NCBI RefSeq assembly: GCF_016433145.1 | Contig: NC_058132.1 | Span: 624,756,837-624,820,836 of the forward strand | Reading direction: 5' to 3' | DNA: 64,000 nt | DNA from: Gracilinanus agilis | Taxonomy: Eukaryota | Shown: positions 49,286 through 62,364 of the stretch, piece after piece | How the letters are laid out: each line of letters opens with the position of its first letter | How positions within the stretch are numbered: position 1 is the stretch's first letter | Notes under the pieces: model-generated | Told to the model about the DNA's origin: nothing | Databases searched by the model: none | What the model saw: only the letters and a program-made list of their open reading frames with translations | Position numbers and translations under genes: made by a program

Positions 49286-49829
49286 CAGGGGTTCTTAATA
49301 CAGAGTCCATGAAATTGGGTTTTCTAATCTCTTGATCAATTGCAATTGACCTTTCAATTGAACTGACTAATATTTCAATATAACTGACTAATAATAATAT
49401 TCTAATAATGTTTCAATAACAGACTAATAATACTTTAATGTAACTAACTAATAACATTTCAATATAACTAATAATATTTCAATATAACTAATAATATTTC
49501 AATAACAGACTAATAATACTTTGATGTAACTAATAACATTTCAATATAACTGACTAATAATAATATTTCAATATAACTAATAATATTTTAATAAGACTAA
49601 TAATACTTTGATATAACTAATAACATTTCGATATAACTAATATTTCAATATAATTAATAATATTTCAATGAAACTGAGCAATAATATTTCAATATAACTG
49701 ACTAATAATAATGATACACAATAATAAAATGTATTTTAATGTATGCATTTTAAAATATTAATCTAAAAAGTGGTTCATAGGCTGCCACAGGGGTCCAAAG
49801 CACAAAAACAAAAGAAAAAAGAACCCCTG
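49286..49829 (+). mobile_element. Old hAT-Charlie-type MITE expanded by an internal minisatellite
   Basis: Ends CAGGGGTTCTT / AAGAACCCCTG; decayed NTCT-type 8-bp flanks (ATCTATGG / CTCTGTAA). Confidence 0.7.
49357..49715. repeat. AT-rich minisatellite, 20-27-bp unit with about 86-89-bp higher-order period
   Basis: Basic unit AATATAACT(GACT)AATAATATTTC; variant AATAA(CA)GACTAATAATACTTT at 49415, 49501, 49590. Confidence 0.9.
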
Positions 49830-50239
49830 CTCTGTAAAGTCCCTTTAATAAATAGCAATTCTGTTTCTTCTCAAAATAGGAAAAAATAATGACGATGTAA
49901 GACATCAATATTTTTAATATATGTAGTTTAGAAATTGGAAAAAAAAAGCTAGTAAACATGGATGTATTTTCCATAATATTGTTTTGTTGACTTGAGACTT
50001 AAATAATATATCCATAGTTCTAGAAAAGGACATGAGTAACTTGGCATACATGATAATACACTTGATATAGTGGAAAAAGTCAGAAAACTAAAATATAAAC
50101 GAAAATGCATTTCGAAAGAAAACAATTAAACAATTAGAAGCTAGGAAATAGCTTGTTATTTAAATAAGATGATAGATGGTGAACTCTTTGAGAGTAAAGC
50201 CTACCTTAAGAGTGCTTAACTAAGATGTATTGATTGAAT

Positions 50240-50530
50240 AATTGACCAAGTGAACACAACCTAGAAAGATTCAGGGGTTCCAGTGGACTCTTAAGAGAAC
50301 ACAAATGAGTAATACAGTGCTATCATTAGAAGAATAAGCACAAATGTAGAGTAAAATAAAAGAAGAAACTAGGAGTCCAGTTTTCTATCATATAGTCAGA
50401 ATTTCTTGGACACTTCTCTAATAAGTCATGTCTAATTCTGAACTCCACAATTGGAAGAAGATGTGGAAAACTTTATGAAGATTCTGGAGAAAGCCACAAA
50501 TTTGATTAAAGGGTAGAGAAAAAGAAGCCA
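50240..50530 (+). mobile_element. CR1/L3 fragment
   Basis: GAAAGATTCAGGGGTTCCAGTGGACTC...GAAGATTCTGGAGAAAGCCACAAATTTGATTAAAGGG. Confidence 0.5.
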
Positions 50531-51262
50531 CAGAACTTATTATTATTAAGAGAAAGTTGAGGGGTTTTCTTCAAATATTCAGGGGGCTAGAGTTATTTTC
50601 TGATGATTTGAGTTCTCTTGCTATAAATAAAGTTACTGTACTATCAATGGGACTAGAACAGTGGTGGTAGCTACACCAGTAAACAGATGACCCAAACAAA
50701 GGCTTGAATGGGTCTGACTCCTAAAAGGAAGCCCATGTCCTCGTTTTCTTGAAAAAGTCATCAGTGTGAACTTGTTTGTGTCTATTTTCCTCTGGCACAC
50801 ACGAGGAGGTATTGCGATAGATGTTTTAATCAATCAATTGATCAGCCAACAAGTCCCTACTATATTACTGCTCTTAGAAAGCACAAATACTGAAATGTAG
50901 CTTCTTTCCATGCATTTAAGAAATAGCTTAAACAACTATTTGATCTTTAGTGTCAACAAGACCCAATAATCCTTAAAACCAATACTAATGGTGCAAATAT
51001 GTTGCCTCTTTCAGGGACTAGGCTAGATAGAATTTGGGCTCTGAGAGCTAGGAATGAACACCGTCATAAACTTTAGTCTCCTAAAATGATGGGGTCACCA
51101 GGAAGTCTTTCCTGATCCTTTCCATAGCACCTCTAACTGTATATATTTTATATGTACTCTGTACATATTTATTTAGCTCATGTTGGGTTCCCCTTTAAAA
51201 TATAAAACTCTTAGAAGTCAGACACTATTTCTGTTTTTCCTTTGTGTCACTAATGTCCAGCT

Positions 51263-51421
51263 NNNNNNNNNNNNNNNNNNNNNNNNNNNNNNNNNNNNNN
51301 NNNNNNNNNNNNNNNNNNNNNNNNNNNNNNNNNNNNNNNNNNNNNNNNNNNNNNNNNNNNNNNNNNNNNNNNNNNNNNNNNNNNNNNNNNNNNNNNNNNN
51401 NNNNNNNNNNNNNNNNNNNNN
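51263..51421. other. Assembly gap (159 N) inside an L2 3' end
   Basis: N run; flanks TTTGTGTCACTAATGTCCAGC and ATAAATGTTTGTT. Confidence 1.
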
Positions 51422-53639
51422 ATAAATGTTTGTTTGACTAAAAAATAATGATGGAATGAGATCATTAGCCCAATTTTTATTTTTTTTTAAAGGGAAGGAG
51501 GAGAGGTACTACAATAAATTTTGGGACTATGTTGAATTAGCAGTTACAATATAAGTTCAGAGAAACTGACTTATTTTTACAAAGTTTTGATTTCCTTAAT
51601 TAGGGAAAAGAAGTCCTAGTTTTAAATTTCATTAACCTATTTTCCTAAGACACTTGCATAAAAAAATGCCATTTGAAAATTTAAAAAGATATCTGGTCCT
51701 AGACTCCAAAGGTTGCAACATAATATATTCACATCATTTATCATTTAAACAGATTTGAATATATTTGACATATTGTCAATTTGAACTTATTTATTATATG
51801 AACATAAATATGCTATATTTCCATTCTATTATATATGCTGTGCCATTATAATGTATATAAGTATTTTGATGATTAACATTTTTATTTCATTTTTAAAATG
51901 TAATAATTGCCTATCATGAACCAGGCATTGAGGAAACCAATACAATGAGTACATAAAAAGTAAACTGCCCTTTAATTTATCCTTAATGCCAGGCACACAG
52001 TAGGCAATTACTTAACTTTTTTATAAGTTACGTTATTAATTAATTAACTTCTCTAAAAGCTGGTGTTGATTCTAACTAAGAAGAGCTCCCATCCATAGAG
52101 TTTCAAACTTGGCTCACAACAATCCTGTGGGGATTGTTATTATCCTCAATTTATAGATGGGAGCCCTGAGACGAAGAGAGATCAAGTCAACTGCCTAATG
52201 GCACCCAGTGTGTACACGAGGTAGCATCTGAACAGAGGTCTTCCTAATGATAAGTCCTGATCGCCATCTCTTAACGATACTATTGCCTACCAAACTGTGG
52301 ACCTTTTAAAGTCTTGAGGAATAAAATTAAGTCAAATGAGTGCATTAGCAAAGGGCTGAAATCCTGAATTAAAAATAGAGCAGTCTTGGGGGACATGCAC
52401 TAAAGGTTAATGACATCTGACTGCATGCAGTGATGTTTTTCCAAAATAGGAGTGGACGGAGGGTATAGCCTAATCCTTCTCCTAACAAGCCATGTTAAAA
52501 TGGATTTTGACTACAGCAGGTGTAGCTAACTCTAACAATGGGAATTCCATGACTTTTTCCTTAAGACTAAAGTTCACTTTCTCAATTATCTATGGAAATG
52601 AGGGATGGGGGAATCAGGAACATTAAAGGTCTAATCTCCAAAATCTCAGTTTAACAATTGGTTTCCACTTTTCTAGCTCAGTTCACTTTTTAGCAGAGCT
52701 GTTCACAAAATTGACTGATTTGAATTTCACTTCCTTTCCCCAACCCTACCCATGCTAGTGTGAAGGTGCTAATGAGGAGTGAAATGCCCAAGAGGAAGAC
52801 AAGAGAACCAGAGAAAGAAAATGGGGACCCAAGGGGTCTACACTATCCAGGAGCTTAATAACTAGCTTCGGAATAACTGAGATCGCTAGAGTAAAACAAT
52901 TATTTTTAGTAATTTTCTTACTGCTTTCGATTTCTGATTTCCTGAAACTCAAATGCTAAACTGTGACCCGAATCTGTAAAATGCAATTAACATCATAAAA
53001 ATTATGCTAGCAGAATAAAAGCTGATGAGGTGCTATTTCAAGCAGAGAAATAAGCAAACCCTATCAAAACAAAGCAAAGGATGTGTCCATCTTCGAGAGA
53101 TAGACAGTGTCTTTGTGGAAAATAAAAAGGAGAAAAGAAAGGCTTCGAGGTAAGTCAGACACAGAATCACTGATCATTTATTCAGGTCCACAAATAATTA
53201 AGTTCTAATTAATTTTAACCAGGATTTCATATTTGGTTAAAAGAATATCATAAGGATTCAACAAGTGGCTCAACATTAGTCCCAAATAAGTCAATTCCAA
53301 ATGAGTAAAATAAAAATATTACACAGGGGAAGGGATCTGTTTAAGATCAAAAAATGACAATGAAAAATAACCTTTTCCTAAATCATGATTATTTTCATAG
53401 CCATTAGACTTTTTTCCTTACATACTGCCTATTTAAAAAAAAAACTTCCCTTAAATTTTAAAAAACAGAGGAAAAAGTTATAATGTTTCTAATGTAGGAC
53501 TGGACTCAACACTACACAAAGGAAACCCAACAGTGGCTAAAAAGTAGAAGAGGAGAGGCCATGAAGTCATTTGGAAATCCTCTGAACCACCATTTCAATA
53601 ATCAAACTGATTTTCGCATAATTAAAATTCATTAACATG

Positions 53640-54040
53640 ACTGGGACCTCAGAGGCCACCCTCTGAACCTTCTACAACATTCCCAATGAGTAATTATCCA
53701 ATTTTCATGGAAACCTCAAGTGATGGGGCACCTACTATACTTCCCTACAAGACAGTCAATTCTACTTATGGATGGAACCCGTATTTAGAAATGTTTGGCG
53801 TTCTTCCTCATAGTAGACCTAAATCACCTCTCTGTAATCCCATTGGTCCCATTCATGGGGCCATGCAGAATAAATGAAATCCCCAGTTCTATGAAGCAAC
53901 TCTTTAACTATCTAATCATCCCATTCCTCCTTTTCTATGGACCCAAATCCTCTATTCTGTTAACTGCTACTCATATGAAATGTTCTCTAATCTTCTTGCC
54001 ATTCCAGCTGCCATCTTGTGGTCATAATCTTGAAACATGA
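53640..54040 (-). mobile_element. CR1/L3 fragment
   Basis: GAAACCTCAAGTGATGGGGCACCTACTA...CTTCCCTACAAGACAGTCAATTC...CCTAAATCACCTCTCTGTAATCCC. Confidence 0.6.
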
Positions 54041-54564
54041 CAATGGATCCCCTCAAACAGGAAGCCTTGGGCCATTAATAAATGTGGCAATGAAACCAAA
54101 GATTGAAAAACTGGCCAGCCACCAAGTGAAAGACCCCAGGTGGACATGAGAAACAGTGGAATCTCCAAATAGTGAAGTCACAAAGAAAGGGCTCCAAACT
54201 TGAGTTAAAATTCCATTACAGACACATAATAGGTTTATGATCATGGACAAGTCATTGAATGCCTGAGAGACTCAGTTTCCTTATCTGAATAGATAATAAT
54301 ACTTACCTCAGAGTGGTGCTGTGAGGAAAGAGCTTTTCAACCCTTAAAAGTATTAAATAAATGGGAGTTGTTATTATAAAACAGAACTTCTCTAATGGAT
54401 TTATGAGAAAACAAAAATCAGCAGAAGGAGGCCTGGGAGGGAGGATGAATTTGTACTAGGGAAGGAAGTACTCAAGGTGATGAAATAATGGGTCCATAGA
54501 AGGGCCAAAACTAAGAAATAGTTCAACTTCTTTAATACTACCAGCAAGGTGGTATAACAAGAAA

Positions 54565-54810
54565 AATCACCAGACCTGGAGTCAGGAATACCTGGGTTCA
54601 AATTTAGTTTAAGCCATTTACTATCTGTGTGACCTTGGACAAGCTACTAAAACAAACAAACAAACAAACAAAAGAACACCCTACTGTGTGCCTCAGTTTC
54701 CCCAACTTCAAAATAGTGGTAACGATAGCATTTACCTCCAGTGGTTGTTGGGAGGATTAAATGGGATCATAATTGTAAAGTACTTACTTAGCACAGTATC
54801 TGACATATAT
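54565..54810 (+). mobile_element. Mar1/MIR CORE-SINE
   Basis: CTGGAGTCAGGAATACCTGGGTTCAAAT...CCTCAGTTTCCCC...GGGAGGATTAAATGGGAT. Confidence 0.8.
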
Positions 54811-56702
54811 ATTTATAATATGTAACTAAGTTAATATTTATTATTATTAAATTTATTATCATCTTATTCTCACTGTACTCAAAAAAAAAAGGATCTACCA
54901 ATTGCCAACACTCTAGACCTATCACAAGATACTAATCCAGAGAAATATGGCTTTTTTTTTCTATTTTTCTATTATTTTTTCTATTAATAGAATAACTTTC
55001 CTATTAATAGAAAAAAGTTAATTAACTGAAAGCAATCAATCTGCAAACATACTACATTGTAGGCTCAAGGATATCCAAGCTACCCCATTCAATTAGATCA
55101 GTCTGAGTAACTCTTTGTTTTTGTTGTGCACTTGATAAAGCAAAGACACTATCCAAGTTCCCCTCTCAAAAAGCCCGGTGTGAGACAGGCTTTGAAGGCA
55201 CAATAACATTCCTCCAGTGAGCTTGGAGCCCAGAGGCTAAAAGCCCCAAACAGCCATTCATTCTTCCATCTTGAGACACATTCCTAACTCAGTTAGTTCA
55301 AAGACCTCGCAGCAAGCCAGCACACCTTCCGAAGGTCTTCCCTTGTAGTAACTTGTGAGGGACAAAGGCTCCAGTAGCAAAAAAAAAAAACATTTTAAAG
55401 GTAGGGCTTTAGGAATGCTAAATTCCAATAGGGAGGGTGTTTCCCCATACTGGAGTGCAAGTCTTTCAAGAGTCCATTTACCATGGAGTTCATTAATGAA
55501 TGAGCAATTTTAAAATGCAATTCCAACAACTTGGAGGTTATTCTAAAAACAGGAATAAAACATCATCAAAAATCAACAGTTGTTCTCGATTTTAAAAGAC
55601 ATGATATTTAAACAGCAAAGATCAGGCAAGAGTGAATGAACTGACTATACGAGAAGGATACTCCAGATGAAGTCATGGTGGAAACGTACATGAATGTTGG
55701 GGGAAAAAGAGAGAAATAGATTTTTCAGGAGCACTCACAGAAAGCCCCAAGATATGTCCTTCCTCTCCTTCAGCCATAAAGTGGCTCCCTTGAAATGGGG
55801 CAGAAGAAACATTTAAGGCATTTGGCAGTGATAAGATAAAAATGTGAATGTTGATTAGATTAGACACTTAAAAGGTAATACACCACAAACACAAATATAC
55901 ACACACAAAAACCCATTTGTTTTCCATAAAATGTCAATCTGTTTTTATCAAAATCTGAACTTTCCAAAGAGAAAACACATTCAAATCTCACCAAGGTCTC
56001 TAATTCGAATGACCTGGTTCCATTGTTCCTTCCTTCCCTCCACTTAGGATCTCACATCTCAGAAACAGGAGGTATCACAAGAGATCACAGAATCATCATT
56101 CATTAACTTAAAAGCTGAAAGAGTCCTTCCAAGACATCTAATCCCAGTTTTCTAAGGTTCATGCCTTCCTTCCAGCTTCTAAAGCTAGGATACACCTTCG
56201 TTTTACAGATGGGGAAACTGAGACCTGCAGAAGAAAAAGTGATTTATTAACCCAAGGCTACACAGGTATTTAGAGCCAGAATCTGCCTCCAGGTAGGTCC
56301 ACTGATCCCAAATTCGATGTTTTTTTCTATTGTATCAGGATAGGACCTTCTGTTTTCAGGCAGTTATGGAGGTAACTAAGACCCAGAGTGATTAAGTTAA
56401 ATTTTTGACAGATATGAGTGATTAAGGGGAAATAGTCAGAATGAAAATGGTAGATGAACAAAAATCTAGGCTCTTCTTAGTTCCCTGCTCTTTCCTTCTA
56501 CTACAGCCATTTGGGGATAATAGGGTAGTGGGGGGAAAAACATTGCCCTTGGAGTTTGGGGTTCTGAATTTGAATTCTGAAGCCTCCATTTCTTACTTAT
56601 GGGAATTTAGCCCCTCTGGGTTACATCTGTTAAAGGAGAGGTATGGAACTAGGTGACCTCTAAAGGTCTCTTCTAGTTGTAAAAAAAAAAAAAAAAAAAA
56701 AA

Positions 56703-56780
56703 AAAGATGTTGAAGCCTCTGAAGCCATTCTACAATTAACCAAAGATTTTGAAGCCTCAGAAGCCATTCTACAATTAACC
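56703..56780. repeat. 39-bp tandem duplication (2 mismatches) between a poly(A) run and an L1 fragment
   Basis: AAAGATKTTGAAGCCTCWGAAGCCATTCTACAATTAACC twice. Confidence 0.9.
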
Positions 56781-56784
56781 AAAA

Positions 56785-57360
56785 GACATGAATGGGTGAT
56801 TTCTCAAGGTAAGAAAGTCAGACTATCAACAGCCATATGAAAAAGCACTTCATATCACTAACAGAGAAATAAAAATGAAAATACACCTCAAATTCATCAA
56901 AACTAGCAAAGATGGCAAAAAAAGAAAATGATCAATGCTGGAGGAACTGTGGAAAAACAGGCACATTAGTGCCCTATTGCTAAAGCTATGAACTGGCACT
57001 GCCCTTCTGAATAACAATTTGTCATTTTACCTCTTAATTAACAATTTGTTAATTCCCCAAAAGTTTACTAAACTTGCATACCTTAGATCCAGAGATGGAA
57101 CTATACTCAAAGAGATCGATGTATAGACAAAAAGATTTAGAGCAACTCTTATTTTTCTGACAAGGAACTAGAAGCTACAAGGATGCCCTCAATTGGGGAA
57201 TGGCCAAATAAATTCCAGTACATGAATTTAGTGCCATGAAAAGATGATTTCAGAGAAACCTATAAAGATTTTTATGAACTGATGCAAAGTGAAGGGAACA
57301 GAGCCAAGGGAATAAGTGATTTTATGCCATCGTAAAAAATGAAGAATTTTAAAAGACAAC
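56785..57360 (+). mobile_element. Old marsupial L1 ORF2 3' fragment
   Basis: CAACAGCCATATGAAAAAGCACTTCATATCACTA...AAAATGATCAATGCTGGAGGAACTGTGGAAAAACAGGCACATT...ATGAACTGATGCAAAGTGAAGGGAACAGAGCC. Confidence 0.8.
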
Positions 57361-58472
57361 CGAAAGGAGGTCTATTTTCCCTATATGGCCAGTAGTGATA
57401 AGAGCATCTATAAGAACTACACTATAGGACAGAATGGCTGGATTGGCTGGGGGAAGTTTTTCGACATGTATGATCAGGAAATGAGGATGATACCCATCCT
57501 TCCTGCCCTCTTCCCAGCAAATTAGCCTTTGTTATGCCAGATATTCAAGGCATAAGTTTGATGGGCTGTTTTCAGATCATCTCTATCCAGAATGGACTTC
57601 CCAGTTTTCTTACACTGTGGGGAGGGAAACCCAATTTGATACATTGGTAAGAGGGGTATGGTTGGAGGCAGAGAAGAAAATGCTCAAGTACTACCCTAGT
57701 ATTTGACCAAACTTGTTTTTTTCATCCCTCCTTGGTGACATCTCTTTCATAAGCCCTGCTGTGGGCTTCCCCCAATATTCCTGGGTATCATTCTCAGAGG
57801 AGAATATGGCCTTAGGGCTATAACCACTATTGTCTGGCTTACTGGGATTCTATCACAAGGTTTTCCTTAAAAAGACAGTTTAGAAAGACATGGAGTATGG
57901 AAGATAAGGGGAGAGTGAAGATTCCTATTTGTTTTCTATGTAGGCATTGGGCCAGAAGCTTGCATTTCTGTCCCTCCTAGCAGTCCCTTCTGGTTCTCCT
58001 AAACTGTGCTTCCCAAGCATGGGGAACCAAAGAGGACACTTGTTAGGCACGAGGACCCTAAAATATAATTCTTCCATTCTACACCTTCCTGCCTAACTTC
58101 CAAATTCTACTGTCTCATAAAATGAACCAGTGGTGCTGAAATCACTACCAGAAATATGGCTCTGTGATCTGTGGACTTTGGAAAGGAAGATGGGAAGGAA
58201 TTTATGAAGAATCTCTGTCTTAGCCCTTTCTCTGGGTACTTTTGATACAGAACAAGAAGCCCTATGTGTTCTAGACTTCAGAAACTTTCCAACATCCCAA
58301 CCACAGGTGGGAACCTTCCCTATCATCCCTAAACACCACCATTCTGGGGATGGAGAAAGAAAGTGGAGCTCTCTCTGAGCATTCTTGCTTTCATGCCCCA
58401 GCAAGTGGTTGATGAATTCAATTCCCTTGTTCTGTATTCATTCATCAAACCACCTGGTTAGAAAGTTCTCAG

Positions 58473-58660
58473 GTGAGTCAGTTAGGTGGCTCAGTAGGTT
58501 GAGAGGTAGGCCTAAAGATGGGAGGTCCAGGGTTCAATTCTGGCTCAGACACTTCCTACACTTAGCCCACACTGCCTAGCCCTTGATGCTCTTCTGCCTT
58601 GGAACTAATACAAAGTATTGATTTTAAGATGGAAGGTAAGGATTTAGAAAAAAAAAGAAA
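58473..58660 (+). mobile_element. Opossum CORE-SINE
   Basis: AGTTAGGTGGCTCAGTAGGTTGAGAGG...GGGAGGTCCAGGGTTCAATT...AAGATGGAAGGTAAGG plus A tail. Confidence 0.85.
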
Positions 58661-59244
58661 AAGTTCTGAGTCCTGATTTATTATTGGGTTTAATTACTGT
58701 TTTCTCTTTGGGAGAATGTGGGGGGACGGAGAGAGGAAAAAGGTGTTGAGCTCAGCCAATTGGCTCCATTTTCACTTTGCTGGAACCTGGACCCCTGTGA
58801 TGGGGAGACACCTCTCTTTGTCAGTTGTTGTACCAGCTACAGGTTCCTGTGCAAAGAAAGTCTTCCTATCAGGCAAATAAATAAAATAATTGCATACTTT
58901 AAGATAAAAAATAAAATTTTAAAAATGACTTAAAAGACATTATCAAGAGATCTGGTAGCAGCTGTCCTAAGTACAAAGAAGAGTGGAAAAATTGAGAGGA
59001 GAAAAGTAATCTCCAAGAGTTCTTTTAGAATTATTGAGCAATTGAATGTTTAATGAAATTTGCTGTATTTGTTTACTAAGCTTCAAAGTCTGAGGAAGAA
59101 TAGTAAGAAAGAAAACTTACTGAAGGAAGGAAAGATTCCTATTTGTATATCTGTGAGAGGCTGCTATCAACTTCCTGAGGAAGTGCAACCCCTTTTTTTT
59201 GGTCAAAATGCAAAGTTTTTCTCACACTCTCAACCCATTCACAA

Positions 59245-59410
59245 AAAGAGAGGAGAGGGAAACAGAGAGACAGCGAGAAACAGACAATGAGAGAGGAAGG
59301 GAAGGGAAAGAGAGAGGAAGAGACAAGGGGGAGAGAGGAAGGGAAAGGGAGGAGAAAGAAAAAGGGTTGAGAGACAGAGAGACAAAGAGAAATAAAAAGG
59401 AAGAGAAAGA
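59245..59410. repeat. GA-rich polypurine low-complexity tract
   Basis: Direct reading; source of the E/R/K-rich ORF 59199-59414. Confidence 0.9.
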
Positions 59411-62149
59411 ATGAATGCTTAAGACAGTAAAAGCAAACCCTCAGAAAAGGCTCGACTTGCAGCTGGGTCCTAGGGTTTACCTTGCAAATACTACCTTTAG
59501 ATTTGGGGGCTTCATCTGAGCATAAGAAAACTCATTAAACAAAAAAAGAATTCTCAACAATTCAAATGTTCAAACAAATTCACATCTCAGACTTTCCGCA
59601 GTTCTGGGTGATCCAACGACTATGTCAATTAGAGATTAGGAAGGTTCAAAAAAAAAAAAAAAAGGTTAAAAGAACAAAACAACAATGACAGCTCATATTT
59701 ACATGCACTTTATGGTTTCCAGGGCCCTTTATAGGAGTTATCTCATTTGGCCTTCACAACTAGCCTGGGAGGAGGTACAATAAAGAAAGTGGGGATCAGG
59801 TGTTGTCCCAGGGTCACACAGTCTGTAGGTGGTATGGTCCCAGTATGAAATTGTGTTCTGATTTGAAGCCTGGTGCCCCCTCTCACCTTTCCCTCATATT
59901 CTCTCTCTGTCTGTCTCTCTGCTTAGGAAACAGCTGAGTTGTTTCCAAAAAGCAGAGAGCAAGATATCATCCACAGTCATCCTTTTGGGTCCTTCACAGC
60001 ACCCAAGATAGTGATAACCACTTAACAGGTACCCAATTAAAGGCTTTTATTGATCTGATTACCATCAACACTTTCTCCACTAAAAAGAAAAGCGTCTTGG
60101 TGGCTTTCTTCTCTGAAGAAGAACAGGGAATTTCATAACGAGGAAGGAGAAGATTAAGAAGTGGAAGAAGAAGGGGAACTAAGGCACACCAGCTGCTCCA
60201 GCTCAATCAATCAACAAACATTTAAGCACCATTCCCCATGCAAGACACTGTGCTTGGCACTGGGGACAGAAAGACAAAGATTAAACAGTGCCTGCCCTCT
60301 AAGAGCCAATGTGTTCATATATGCCAAAGTAGGGACAAAATAAGTAATAGCAGCTAATATTTTAGAGTTTTAAGATTTGCAAAGTAATTAATGTCAATCT
60401 TATTTTATCTACCATCTACCTGTTATCATCTCTCTTATCATCTATTTCTTTTTTTAATCTATTTCTAACATCTTCCTCTCTCTCTAATCTATCTGATCCT
60501 CCCAACAACCCCTAAGTAGCCTCTATTAGGAGTTTCATTTCATAGATGTAGTGGCTAAAAAAAAGTTGAGATTTCCTAGGGGCAAACAGCTATTAAGTAT
60601 CAAACACAAGTCTTTTTTTCTTTATTTCAATTCAGATACTTTATCTACTTGGCCACCTATTTGCCCACAAGGTTGGGGTTTTTTGGGGGGATGAGGAAGA
60701 AGTTGTTGGTAAGCTGTGGGGGAGGCCCAGATGTCTCCATAACAGTGGCTTTATTTTATAATCTCTCTTTTTTTTTATACATCAATAGGAAGAATCTGAA
60801 GACCTAAACTCAGACCCCCCTTCCCAATTCCATCACTATCTCTGTAACCTAGAGCAAATCACAATCTCTCCAGATCTGTTTCTTCATTTGTAAAATTAAG
60901 AAGTGAGACAAAATCAGAGGCATCAAATCTGACTAACCAGTGAGGATAGAACCAGATTAAATTATAATTCAGAAACGTATAACAAAATAATTTAAAAATA
61001 CAATATGATATAGATAATGTAAATTTGTGGTTTCCTAAGTGAATGAGCAGCCCTATTCTATTTGAGTTTGACACCAGTGGACTAGAGAGACTTTAAAAGA
61101 TCTCTTCCAGTTCTGAATCTGTGACCCTTTAAGGACAGGCTAAGGCTTTACACTTCTGATAGCATAAAGTCTGAATTCTGGTGCATTGCAGAAAATGCCA
61201 GGCTACACCGGATATGTTTAAAAATATTTAAGTTAAAACGATGGGAAGCCATGATAAACAGCACCTCTTTGATCACTTCAACACAGACAACACAACCATG
61301 AGCAGTTACTTAAGATTAAGTGATGCTTCAACTGTGTGACCCAGATGTGTCAAAGAAGATCAGAGAATGTCCATCAATGCCTTTGAGTTAACAAAACAAA
61401 ACAAATGGAGAGTTTATTAAAGACTCTTTTACTCACTACAGCTTATAACCTTTTAGGTTCACTTCCCATTAAACAATAAACAGATCTTAACAATTTATTA
61501 TTTACTAAGGCATCTCAGAACATACCAATACATTAATGAAACAGTTTGGTGCAATACAAGAGGGTACTAAGGATAGCACATTAAAACGATTAGACTTTTC
61601 CTCTGATTTATGGTCATCTTTGATGCATCCACAAATACAGAGACAGAGTTTTGGAACTGCAAATATCATCTTAAATTAAAAACAGAAAATGAGATTTAAA
61701 ATCCTATATAAATAGCCTTTTTTTAGTACACTAAACTTACCTATTTCAAATTATGTTATTTTAAAATCATGTAGCAAAGAAAATATAGATTTTAAAAGAT
61801 AGATAAGCCTACCAAGATTATCTTTAAAAGACAAACAACACTGGCTTATATTCATGTGATATCTTTTTCTGAGGAACTCAAATTACCTTAGGAATGTTAT
61901 ATAAAAAAGTTTTCCTATTTTTGTGAATTAAGTTGAGGACAAATACAACCATCTCTGTGAATGATCAATTTAAAAAAATAAATAAATGTCTATGCTTTAT
62001 CAGACACTATGCTAGTCACTGGAGATAGGAAAACATGAAAGAAAGAATTCCTGCCTTCAAGTGGTTTCTATTCTACAGGAGAAAGAAACACCAAAGTAGT
62101 GACAACTGTAACAACCCTACTTTTCTTTGACCTACAAAAATAGTTGTAT

Positions 62150-62364
62150 ATTTTTGTTGGTTTTATTTTTAATCTTTGCCTTCAAGTCTTAGAATCAACA
62201 CTGTAGACTGATTCCAAGGCAGAAGAGTGGTAAGGAATAGGCAAAGGGAGTTCAGTGACGTGCCTGCAGGTCACCCAGCTAGGAAGTGTCTGAGGCCAAA
62301 TTTGAATCCTGGGCTTCCCATCTTCGGACCTGGATCTCAATTCACTGGGCCACCTAGCTGGCCC
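62150..62364 (-). mobile_element. Opossum CORE-SINE
   Basis: TTCCAAGGCAGAAGAGTGGTAAGG...CCAGCTAGGAAGTGTCTGAGGCCAAATTTGAA...CCACCTAGCTGGCCC. Confidence 0.85.

Noticed and set aside
49357-49715. Repeat arrays here and at 36701-36958 as CRISPR-like
   Set aside because: No unique spacers, eukaryotic context, no cas genes; they are minisatellites
57380-58270. Possible ERV gag or RTE remnant
   Set aside because: No frame gave a recognisable motif; left unassigned
59199-59414. E/R/K-rich ORF
   Set aside because: Polypurine repeat translation
3700-60000. About a dozen FOXO-type TGTTTAC/GTAAACA motifs
   Set aside because: Roughly the number expected by chance for this 7-mer at this base composition
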